Assembly: GCA_029856435.1 (NCBI GenBank)
Contig: JAHQXB010000022.1
Coordinates: 25 to 24,024, forward strand
DNA from: Candidatus Jordarchaeia archaeon
GTDB lineage: Archaea > Asgardarchaeota > Jordiarchaeia > Jordiarchaeales > Jordiarchaeaceae
DNA: 24,000 bases
Direction: 5' to 3'
The position numbers and the translations under genes are program-made. Of the stretch, positions 15,400 through 22,872 are shown piece by piece (positions within the stretch are counted from its first letter, which is position 1; each line of letters opens with the position of its first letter). The notes under the pieces are model-generated. The model worked only from the letters and a program-made list of their open reading frames with translations. It ran no database searches and had not been told where the DNA came from.

Positions 15400-18300
15400 T
15401 CATTCGATAAGTGATCTGCGCAGTTGCTCAATTTTTTCGAAAGCTTTCCTCTTCAAGAAAACATACTCATCTTCAGACATCCTACCCAACTCAAAATACT
15501 CGTGCAAGCTCCTTAAATATTTCTGGAATTTCTCTATCTGCCTCAGAATCTCTTCCTGCCTTTTCTCCTTACCAGACAACTTTTCCTCCCCCGCTTCCTC
15601 TAATGGTTTTACGCTCACTGGTTCGCCTACCGGCTTACTAACTTCTGGTTCGCTTACTGGTTTACTAATTTCCGGTTCAACGCTCTCTTCGGCGCTTATT
15701 CTGGGTACTGGTAGTGGGCTGGTCAATTCTGGAGGTTCCTCCCTCACTGTGGTTTCCTTAATTAGGGGTTTTGGCCTTGGTCTACGGGGAGCCGCCTTTA
15801 AGCCTCTAACTATCTCTTTAATTGTTGTTACTATGCCTGTCGCCTCATTTTTAAGCGCCGAAGTGGATGAGACACCAATTACTGTGTTTTCCTCGGTTTC
15901 AACTATTCCTACGGCTAATCTTGACTTCTCCTTAGAGGCTAAAACCACAGGTACACTTTTTGTCGCGTCTATCTCTGTTTGCCAGCCGTCTTCCCTCAAT
16001 TTTGTGTAAATTTCACGGACGGCTTCTCCGCCGCGTCCCTGCGTCACTATTGATTCTGCTACTCCCTCCATTTTGGGAGCTGGATATAAATGATCGTAAA
16101 ATCTGTATTCCAAGACACGCTTTAGGTAGTCAGAGGCCAAATCCGTTGGTAGGCTGAGTACGGGTGGGGCTGGTATTGATATGTCTGGGGACACTTCCAC
16201 CCTTTCTTCTTCTATAAGTTCTTCCAAAGCTTCTAAGGTCTCGGTCTCTTTTTCGGGTGTACTCCCTATTTCCTCGACGGTTTTTTCAATTTCCGGAGTG
16301 GCAACCTTTTTTGGAGCAATGGCTGTGAGTTCCCCAATTATCTTGGGAAGGGCTTCGCGGCCGGAATGCTGACTCAGTCTCGGTCTTATCTTAACTACAA
16401 GGGCACGGTTACTGGTAATAGATTCGTCTGAAACAATGGTCATTCCAACGGGAATGTTCCTTATAAATCCGGAATCCTTTATTTCTATGGGGACTTCTGC
16501 TGGTGATCTTTTTGTGAAAGCAGTAATGTCTGGTTCATAGGACAAATAATGTGTTATCAGCACGTCTAGTTGAGATAAAATTCTACTATCTGTGGCTGAG
16601 GGTTGCTGGGTCACAAGCACTAATCCACAGCCGGGTTTCCTTCCCAGTTTAGCATATTCTACGAGCGGTTCAGAAGCTGCAGTAGCACCTTTAGAGGGAG
16701 CGAGTAGATGAGCTTCATCAATCATCAGCCAAGTCACAGGAATCTCTGCCTCAACCTTTTCCTCCGTTGCCTCGCCCAGCTGTGCAGCCTCTTCCCTTCT
16801 TGCTATCTGCGCTCTCACCTTAAGTATCCTTCGCGCCAGTATGCCAATAATTAGAGCACGCAGACTATCATCTATATGACTTACGTCAATGACAGATACC
16901 TGATTGGGAACCGCTAACTGAGTTAAGCTAGTTCCTTTGGCTGAGAAGATTCCCCACTGATTTGCGGAGGAAAATCTGGCAACCAAAGCTCTTCTAGTGT
17001 CACGCCTAAATCCCTTGTCCTCAGAAATAATGTCGGAACAAGTCTCAACACATTTAATTAAATCCTCTAGGCTGTAATCGTTTCCTTTAGCGGGGACATC
17101 CACTTCTTGGTCGTCGATTGTGGCCCTGTAGCCTTTTTTGACCCTATCAATGACCTGTTCTGTTAAGAGGCCAAGTGCGCCAAACCTGTCTATACCAAAG
17201 GTGTGGCACCAATCGTCAGCTGTTAACTCCGAGGGCCTCAACGAGAAAGGCATATCCCTAGTTTGCTCAGGAACCCTATCATAGAAACCAATTGGAATAA
17301 AGACCCTCACGTTATCGAATCCCTTAGGGGTGAGGTTCCATTTTTCAAGAGCTTCCAACTCTTTTTCATCCCAATTGGGATACTTCATACTCCAAAAGAT
17401 TCCCATGGGATCAACGATGATGGTGGCGATTCCCAGTCTTGATTCCGCTAACTCCTCTGCAATAACTCCCATAGTGTAAGATTTACCAGAGCCTCTATGA
17501 CCACTTATAAATATAACGTGAGGCTTCACCCCATCAAGAAGAACCTTACAGCCAAGCAGGTTCACATCTTTGCTAGTCCTCTCTCCCACACAACCAATGT
17601 AGAATGTTCCCCTGCAGCCAAGTTTGGCTTGTGTAGACTTTGTTCTCCCTAAAATTACTGATTCGCCTAGACTGTCTCTAAGAACATTGAGTGGGCTGTC
17701 AACTATTTTAGGCGTGTCAACTATATTTACCCTCTCAGAGTTAATCACACTCGCCTCACCAATAATGTAGGCTAGCGCCTGCCAGTAATCCTTCAAACTT
17801 TTAAAACCAATTTGCTCCGCAATGTACCTTCTAAGCTTTGGTTGTTTTGGGTACTTCTCTTTATCGAAGCTCGACAGGCTCCATAGAAGGAAATCCGCGG
17901 TTTCCTGAGCTGATAGTCTCCCTAATGGTTTAACCGCCTTCAGAGCTTTTTCCAAATATTCCATACTCTCGGTAGCCATCAAAAGAAGCAGAAATACCTC
18001 CACCCGCTTATTTATATCAATTGAACTTATGAGCTCAACCATATTGTCAAGAAATTTGTCATCTTCATTATACATAAAACCTTCAAAAAGAATCTTCGCA
18101 ATTTCTAGGTCGAGTGATTTCTGGAACAAAGCGAACTCCAATGCGGCCTGAAGAGACTTTTGAATCTTGTCGCTCCCAGATTCTGCCAGTAGTGAACGAA
18201 AGGCATGGACTATGGTTGCTGTGGCTTCGCCGTCTATTTCTCCCCTGCTTGAAAGCCAAGCTCCAGAATTTGATTGTAGAGAAATCAGTCCTTCAGCGGT

Positions 18301-18465
18301 TTCGTTAGATTTCTCCAAGAAGGACTTCTCGCCAGTAGCCCTATACATGAGGATATAACAGTTCAGAAGATAGGCCCTGTCTCTAATGGTCGCAGGTTCC
18401 ACCGTCAAAACGTTCTGGATAATGTTAGAAAGTAATTCACATAAGGGCCTTCCGCTAAATAACAT
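15400..18465 (-). CDS. HerA/FtsK-type (DUF87-like) P-loop ATPase with N-terminal helical domain and C-terminal extension
   Basis: Walker A is VIFISGHRGSGKSYTMG (GHRGSGKS at 17479..17502). Walker B is WLMIDEAHLL (16708..16728). The block GCGLVLVTQQPSATDSRILSQLDVLITHYL is typical of HerA/FtsK-like translocases, and the core ends KIRPRLSQHSG. About 320 aa of helical sequence precede the P-loop. About 320 aa follow the core, including 9-aa repeats and a SHOCT-like tail. GAGGGG lies about 8 nt upstream of the ATG. Confidence 0.8.
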   Translation of the reverse strand: MLFSGRPLCELLSNIIQNVLTVEPATIRDRAYLLNCYILMYRATGEKSFLEKSNETAEGLISLQSNSGAWLSSRGEIDGEATATIVHAFRSLLAESGSDKIQKSLQAALEFALFQKSLDLEIAKILFEGFMYNEDDKFLDNMVELISSIDINKRVEVFLLLLMATESMEYLEKALKAVKPLGRLSAQETADFLLWSLSSFDKEKYPKQPKLRRYIAEQIGFKSLKDYWQALAYIIGEASVINSERVNIVDTPKIVDSPLNVLRDSLGESVILGRTKSTQAKLGCRGTFYIGCVGERTSKDVNLLGCKVLLDGVKPHVIFISGHRGSGKSYTMGVIAEELAESRLGIATIIVDPMGIFWSMKYPNWDEKELEALEKWNLTPKGFDNVRVFIPIGFYDRVPEQTRDMPFSLRPSELTADDWCHTFGIDRFGALGLLTEQVIDRVKKGYRATIDDQEVDVPAKGNDYSLEDLIKCVETCSDIISEDKGFRRDTRRALVARFSSANQWGIFSAKGTSLTQLAVPNQVSVIDVSHIDDSLRALIIGILARRILKVRAQIARREEAAQLGEATEEKVEAEIPVTWLMIDEAHLLAPSKGATAASEPLVEYAKLGRKPGCGLVLVTQQPSATDSRILSQLDVLITHYLSYEPDITAFTKRSPAEVPIEIKDSGFIRNIPVGMTIVSDESITSNRALVVKIRPRLSQHSGREALPKIIGELTAIAPKKVATPEIEKTVEEIGSTPEKETETLEALEELIEEERVEVSPDISIPAPPVLSLPTDLASDYLKRVLEYRFYDHLYPAPKMEGVAESIVTQGRGGEAVREIYTKLREDGWQTEIDATKSVPVVLASKEKSRLAVGIVETEENTVIGVSSTSALKNEATGIVTTIKEIVRGLKAAPRRPRPKPLIKETTVREEPPELTSPLPVPRISAEESVEPEISKPVSEPEVSKPVGEPVSVKPLEEAGEEKLSGKEKRQEEILRQIEKFQKYLRSLHEYFELGRMSEDEYVFLKRKAFEKIEQLRRSLIE
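15620..15673. repeat. Two tandem 27-nt units (22/27 identical) inside the ATPase gene, with degenerate flanking copies
   Basis: Unit 1 is ggttcgcctaccggcttactaacttct (15620..15646) and unit 2 is ggttcgcttactggtttactaatttcc (15647..15673). All five differences are C/T transitions. The units encode EPE(I/V)SKPV(S/G), a Pro/Glu/Lys-rich linker. Confidence 0.85.
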
Positions 18466-18508
18466 AATCGCTTCCCCTCAAATTTCCAAGTAGAAAAAGG
18501 GAAGAGTT

Positions 18509-19120
18509 TCAGAGTTCTTCTTTCAATTTCTTAATGTCTTTTTCCAGTTCCTCAATCTTCCCGCTCGGTGCAGAAGGAAGCTTTACACCAGTCTCCACAC
18601 CGATTTCTTGGTCAATCTCGGAAATAGTTGCCGCAACCTCTTGGGATGTCACCTCAGTGGAAACCGTCATTCTCTCCATTCCCGCCTCAGCAACATCCTG
18701 AGCCACGTCAAAATCCTGCATAGTTCCATCTATTTCCTCAACCATTTGGGCTATGTCTGGCAAGTTAACTGCCCCCTTAAGCCCATTAAGAGCGGATCTT
18801 ATGCCTGATAGGGTGCTGGCAACATCATAAATGGACTCGCTCTGACGAAGCCTAACCACCATGCCTTGAATCCTGAGACGGTAGGCGTCTGTTGCTAGAG
18901 CCCACTTTGAATACCTTACATAGTGTTCGGCATACATTTTAGCTGCTTCTGTGTTTCCCCTAAGCCGGTACTTCTTGGCTTCCTCTCGGTTTTTTCTAGA
19001 CTCTCTCTCTAGCTGTTTTTTCTGATATTCAAGCTTGCGGGTGAACACTTCAAGTTTGTAAATAACATCTTTAATTTTAGGCCCACCCTTAAGCCAACTC
19101 ACAAACTTTTTTAGCGGCAT
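18509..19120 (-). CDS. ESCRT-III family protein, Vps2/24/46 (CHMP1/2/3)-like
   Basis: The stretch REEAKKYRLRGNTEAAKMYAEHYVRYSKWALATDAYRLRIQGMVVRLRQSESIYDVASTLSGIRSALNGLKGAVNLPDIAQMVEEIDGTMQDFDV aligns by eye with the yeast Vps2 core (IKKSAKNGQVAAAKVQAKDLVRTRNYIQKFDNMKAQLQAISLRIQAVRSSDQMTRSMSEATGLLAGMNRTMNLPQLQRISMEFEKQSDLM, quoted from memory). I set the start at the internal ATG 19120 (MPLKKFVSWLKGG...) rather than the track start at 19237. The reasons are a TATA-like element at 19153..19160 and the typical ESCRT-III N-terminus. Confidence 0.75.
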   Translation of the reverse strand: MPLKKFVSWLKGGPKIKDVIYKLEVFTRKLEYQKKQLERESRKNREEAKKYRLRGNTEAAKMYAEHYVRYSKWALATDAYRLRIQGMVVRLRQSESIYDVASTLSGIRSALNGLKGAVNLPDIAQMVEEIDGTMQDFDVAQDVAEAGMERMTVSTEVTSQEVAATISEIDQEIGVETGVKLPSAPSGKIEELEKDIKKLKEEL

Positions 19121-19152
19121 ATAAATTACACCAATAAACTCTTGATATATCC

Positions 19153-19160
19153 TATATAAG
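19153..19160 (-). promoter_or_regulatory. Candidate TATA box for the ESCRT-III/ATPase gene string
   Basis: The minus strand reads CTTATATA, about 32 nt upstream of ATG 19120. A GGTG lies 12-15 nt before that ATG. By eye only. Confidence 0.3.
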
Positions 19161-19535
19161 AAAATTGAGAAGGAAGCATATAACACTTTCTTAATGTGCA
19201 TTTGAGACCTTGTCGTAAGTATGTGGTTTGTTGACATGGTATGTGTGCAGGTTTAGCCATTCTTACCATTTTTTGGGCCTATTTGGAAGGAAGCCCTGTT
19301 AAGCCTCCTTTTTTTGAGAGGATCAAACGATTACGCATAGAAGAGAAGCTACATACTTAAGACGAGGTCCCTGTGCATTTTTTCCCCTCAAAACCGTTCC
19401 ACTTCCCATGTTTCTGGACTAAATTTGAAAATTTTAAATCACTCATAAAAGCTTCGAAGCGTTTAAAGCAAACATATAATCGCTTCGTCTAAACGCAAAT
19501 TGTGAAAGGCACTTAGCTTTTTTCATAGTACTAGA

Positions 19536-20147
19536 TTATTTTTTCTTCTTAATAACTCGGTTTAGCTTTTCTTGAATGAGAGATATGCAGTGGCTTCCCA
19601 AGTATTCTTTGGGCCCCAAACTTATTGGTTTAATTCCCATTTCCACTAGGTATTTAATGTCATTTTGATTTAGTCCTATATGATCTCCTAGTATAAATGT
19701 GAGTTGCGGCCTTTTCAAATTTGGAAATCCGCTCAAAACCTCGTTAATATTTTTACCTGCACGGTGTAGAAAGTAGGTTTCAGATTCGCAAAGCTTTTCC
19801 TCCACTATGTCTTGGAAGCCTTTATTCATTAATTTAAACCCCGAAACAGTATCTGGTGTTTTCTCGGGGTCTAATAGCTCTTTTAGTATTAAGGCGACTT
19901 TTAGTTCGTCCCTTGGTAAATTCTCAATTTTTTCACCGTTGACCTCAACTGTGATTGAAGGCCTTGGTGGGCCTTCTAGCACAGCGTAAAATATCGTGTC
20001 TGGTCTGTGGCCCTCCGACAGAAGGAGAGAGGAGAGAATACATCTACACACTACGTCTAATCTTCCTGAAGTGCCCGGCAGGTCTTTTATGGTGAATTTA
20101 TTATCGGTGCGGGCAGTGCTGGCTTTAAGAATGAATATCCTTTTCAA
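19536..20147 (-). CDS. trmY: tRNA (pseudouridine54-N1)-methyltransferase, SPOUT family (TrmY-like)
   Basis: The stretch FTIKDLPGTSGRLDVVCRCILSSLLLSEGHRPDTIFYAVLEGPP matches the TrmY/DUF358 signature (F.l.DLPG..GR.D...R...sal..S...R.d). Length is 203 aa, with a TTG start. Confidence 0.65.
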   Translation of the reverse strand: MKRIFILKASTARTDNKFTIKDLPGTSGRLDVVCRCILSSLLLSEGHRPDTIFYAVLEGPPRPSITVEVNGEKIENLPRDELKVALILKELLDPEKTPDTVSGFKLMNKGFQDIVEEKLCESETYFLHRAGKNINEVLSGFPNLKRPQLTFILGDHIGLNQNDIKYLVEMGIKPISLGPKEYLGSHCISLIQEKLNRVIKKKK

Positions 20148-20158
20148 AAGGCCTTCAC

Positions 20159-21142
20159 CTAAAGACTAATTAGCGCTTCGTAAATCATTTTAATCGCTAT
20201 AAGGATCATAGCTGAGCCAAAGATTTTTCGAAGAAGTTGGGAGCTCAGTTTCAAAGTTATTCTACAACCTATCTGCGCTCCGATTATCGCTCCTATTATC
20301 ATAACAATTCCCACCGGCCAATCTACCTGTCCTAGCATGGCGTGTTCAAAGGTTGCGAAGGCTGATGTAAAAATTATCATAAACATTGATGTGGCCACTG
20401 TGATAATCATAGGAACTCCCAAGATAATATTCATTACAGGCACTTGAACTATACCCCCACCTATTCCAAGCAGACCCGAAGAAAGTCCCGCTAAAAAGGA
20501 GAACGCCAGACCTAAAGGTAAGTTTATTGAGTACTCGTAGTTTTCGCCACTGCCCGTTTTAATTTTTCTTTTCCAAATCAAAACGCTTTTTATTAACTTT
20601 CTTTCCTCTTTGAGGGGTTCTTGATAAACAAAAGGATTTTGATTTTGCTTCTTTAAAATCATATTAATTCCTATGATTGTTAACACGATACCAAAGATTA
20701 ATTGGAGTATCCCCTCCCGAACCAATCCAGTCAAAAAAGCTCCTAGAAAAGCTCCAGGAATCGAAGTTGTAACTAAAGCTAAACCCAGTTTGAAATCTAT
20801 AACCCTTTTAACACCATATCCTAAGGTGGCGGAAAACGAGGTAAACATTATAACGAATAAGCTAGTTCCTATGGCTACATTTATTGTCTCATTTGCCAAA
20901 TAATTTATTATTGGAACATTCAAGAATCCACCTCCCACGCCTAACATGGCCGCTATTATCCCCGTAAAAACTGTTACTCCACCGAGCAACAGATACGGCC
21001 ACCATTCGCCACTGTTACTATTCAGTAAAAGGAACCATAGCCACCAGTCCAAAATATCATCTCCAATCAGATACTTAATAACAGCGACGTAGTATAAAAT
21101 AGTTTCTAGCCTCCATTTGGCCTTTTCATCATTTTTACCCAA
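20159..21142 (-). CDS. TauE/SafE (TSUP, DUF81) family membrane permease
   Basis: The product is multi-pass hydrophobic, with two GxGGG motifs (MLGVGGGFLNVP and LLGIGGGIVQVP) typical of TSUP transporters. The exact start is uncertain; the track uses TTG at 21142. Confidence 0.7.
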   Translation of the reverse strand: MGKNDEKAKWRLETILYYVAVIKYLIGDDILDWWLWFLLLNSNSGEWWPYLLLGGVTVFTGIIAAMLGVGGGFLNVPIINYLANETINVAIGTSLFVIMFTSFSATLGYGVKRVIDFKLGLALVTTSIPGAFLGAFLTGLVREGILQLIFGIVLTIIGINMILKKQNQNPFVYQEPLKEERKLIKSVLIWKRKIKTGSGENYEYSINLPLGLAFSFLAGLSSGLLGIGGGIVQVPVMNIILGVPMIITVATSMFMIIFTSAFATFEHAMLGQVDWPVGIVMIIGAIIGAQIGCRITLKLSSQLLRKIFGSAMILIAIKMIYEALISL

Positions 21143-21218
21143 AAGTTTTTGAGGATAAAAATAAATACTCCCTTATGCGTAGTTTGGACTAGTTAAAAAA
21201 GTAAAAAGAAGTGATGCC

Positions 21219-21494
21219 TTGCCAAAAAAACGTAAGAGCCGTGGAAGAGCCAAAGGAGACGCTGGGAAAAAAGCAAGAGTTCAATGCAGTATGTGCGGTA
21301 AACTGGTTCCTCGCGATAAAGCCAAGAAGGTAACTAGATACACAACTGTTGTTGATCCCATGATAAGCCGAGAATTGAGACAGCAGGGAGCCTACATTCC
21401 AAGAACTAAGGAAATCAAAATGTACTGCATTAATTGCGCCGTTCACAGAAACGTGGTTCGAGTCAGATCAAAGGAAGAGAGGAAATCCCGCTAA
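21219..21494 (+). CDS. rps26e: 30S ribosomal protein eS26
   Basis: The sequence MPKKRKSRGRAKGDAGKKARVQCSMCGKLVPRDKA...YCINCAVHRNVVRVRSKEERK matches eS26 (M.KKRRN.GR.K.GRG....C..C...VPKDKA...YC.SCAIH..VVR.RS.E.RK). The start is TTG. Confidence 0.85.
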   Translation: MPKKRKSRGRAKGDAGKKARVQCSMCGKLVPRDKAKKVTRYTTVVDPMISRELRQQGAYIPRTKEIKMYCINCAVHRNVVRVRSKEERKSR

Positions 21495-21552
21495 ATAAGA
21501 AGAAATGATGCCTCCATTAACTTCTGATTAGACCCGTTACGGGAGGAAGATT

Positions 21553-22437
21553 TTGTTTGATTTAGTGGTTATTGGGCATATTGCAAAAGATACTATAATC
21601 CGGGAGGGTGCCAAGACCCACTCTATTGGGGGAGCTCCCTATTACGCGGGTATAGCGGCTAGAAAAATGGGGGGAAATGTGGGTATAGTTTCCAAGATAG
21701 GTGCAGATCTCGATAATTCCTCCCTATCTGTTTTCAATGAAATGGGAATCCAAACTTGTATTAGAAGGACCAAGGGTTTAACTACCAGCTTTGAGCTTGA
21801 ATACCTAAAAGACTCAAGAAAACTAACACTGAAACAGGCGTGTGAGCCAATTTTATTTGAAGAAGTTCCAAAACGTTTTTTAAATTCTCGTTCCATTCTC
21901 CTCAGTCCTATTGCAGGGGAAATTTCCCCAATCTTCGTGGAGAAACTATATAGAGAAACAGATTCTCTCATTGCGGCTGACGCGCAAGGTTTCGTTCGAA
22001 GGTTCGATAGTAAAGGAATCACGCAGTTTGCTTTCTGGGAGGACGCGGGAAGGATTCTCCCCCTACTGGACATTGTCAAGTTTTCCAAGCGTGAGGCATT
22101 AACAGCCATGAACTGTGATAGTATAGACAAGGCTGCCCAGAAAATTTTGAATTTCGGTCCGGAAATAGTTATAATAACACTCGGCGATGAGGGAGTCGTA
22201 ATTAGGGGCAAAGAAAACCTTTTCATTAAACCAAAAACTCTGCCGAAAAGGGTGTTGGAAACCACCGGCGCAGGAGACATATTCCTTGGAGTGTTCCTCT
22301 TGGAGTATGCACTCACAAAAGATGTGGCAAATTCTGGAAACATTGCAACAATCGCGGCTACAAAATCTACCGAGACAACAGGGTTATCCCGATTTGTGAC
22401 AAGAGATACAATTGAAAAGGACATTCAAAAATTTTAA
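21553..22437 (+). CDS. PfkB-family carbohydrate/nucleoside kinase
   Basis: The N-terminus is DLVVIGHIAKD. The C-terminal motif TTGAGDIFLGVFL is the ribokinase-family anion hole / catalytic Asp. The start is TTG. Confidence 0.75.
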   Translation: MFDLVVIGHIAKDTIIREGAKTHSIGGAPYYAGIAARKMGGNVGIVSKIGADLDNSSLSVFNEMGIQTCIRRTKGLTTSFELEYLKDSRKLTLKQACEPILFEEVPKRFLNSRSILLSPIAGEISPIFVEKLYRETDSLIAADAQGFVRRFDSKGITQFAFWEDAGRILPLLDIVKFSKREALTAMNCDSIDKAAQKILNFGPEIVIITLGDEGVVIRGKENLFIKPKTLPKRVLETTGAGDIFLGVFLLEYALTKDVANSGNIATIAATKSTETTGLSRFVTRDTIEKDIQKF

Positions 22438-22465
22438 GAGGTTTGAATTTCTCTAATCAAAAACT

Positions 22466-22795
22466 GTGGTTTGCCAATCTACGAAGAATGGGAAGGTGAA
22501 CTATGTGATACAGGTAGAACAGATAAAGATTGGAAACGTTTCCTGTCTTGGTCTAAAAGTTGATTTAAAACCTGCTCCCCTTATCCTCATAATCGGTGAG
22601 AAAGGCTTCTTGTCATGTGGCTTTCTTAATGTCGAAGTTGCAGAGAAACTTGGAGTTGCAGCAGCAGTGGTGACTGGAGTAAAAACTTTTGAGGATTTAC
22701 TAAATGGAGAAGTAAAAGGCCTTACTACCAAAGCCGAAAAAATGGGAGTAAAGGCTGGCCAAAAAGGCGTAGAGGCTATGAGTAAATTAGTATAA
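22466..22795 (+). CDS. DUF1805 (YunC-like) domain protein
   Basis: The stretch PLILIIGEKGFLSCGFLNVEVAEKLGVAAAVVTGVKTFEDLLNGEVKGLTTKAEKMGVKAG matches the DUF1805 pattern. The start is non-ATG (GTG), and the exact start is uncertain. Confidence 0.6.
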   Translation: MVCQSTKNGKVNYVIQVEQIKIGNVSCLGLKVDLKPAPLILIIGEKGFLSCGFLNVEVAEKLGVAAAVVTGVKTFEDLLNGEVKGLTTKAEKMGVKAGQKGVEAMSKLV

Positions 22796-22872
22796 TTATT
22801 ATCTTGCAATACACAGAATCGAATTCTGGTTTTCCTAAAAACCATTTTTTTCAACAACTTTTCCAGAAATAC

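Noticed and set aside
15400-18465. Reading the ATPase as the HerA of a NurA-HerA-Mre11-Rad50 repair operon or of a HerA-based defence pair
   Set aside because: No nuclease partner (NurA, Mre11, Sir2 or a DUF4297-like protein) is adjacent. The neighbours are ESCRT-III proteins, and the domain architecture is atypical. A defence or DNA-handling role is still not excluded and is noted as an alternative in the main finding.
19121-19237. 39-codon N-terminal extension of the Vps2-like ORF (track start at 19237)
   Set aside because: The extension overlaps an AT-rich TATA-like element (19153..19160), has no ESCRT-III counterpart and has odd composition. The internal MPLKKF.. start gives a canonical ESCRT-III N-terminus.
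19285-19294. GGAAGGAAGC, identical to part of the conserved SRP RNA helix-8 motif
   Set aside because: The surrounding ~300 nt are AT-rich with long T runs, and they lack the GC-rich helices and the other conserved SRP RNA elements. It is a 10-nt coincidence.
21642-22424. 260-aa ORF on the minus strand spanning almost the whole PfkB kinase gene
   Set aside because: The plus-strand frame carries clear PfkB motifs (DLVVIGH, TTGAGD). The antisense product is Ser/Pro/Phe-rich with no motif. It is a typical shadow ORF.
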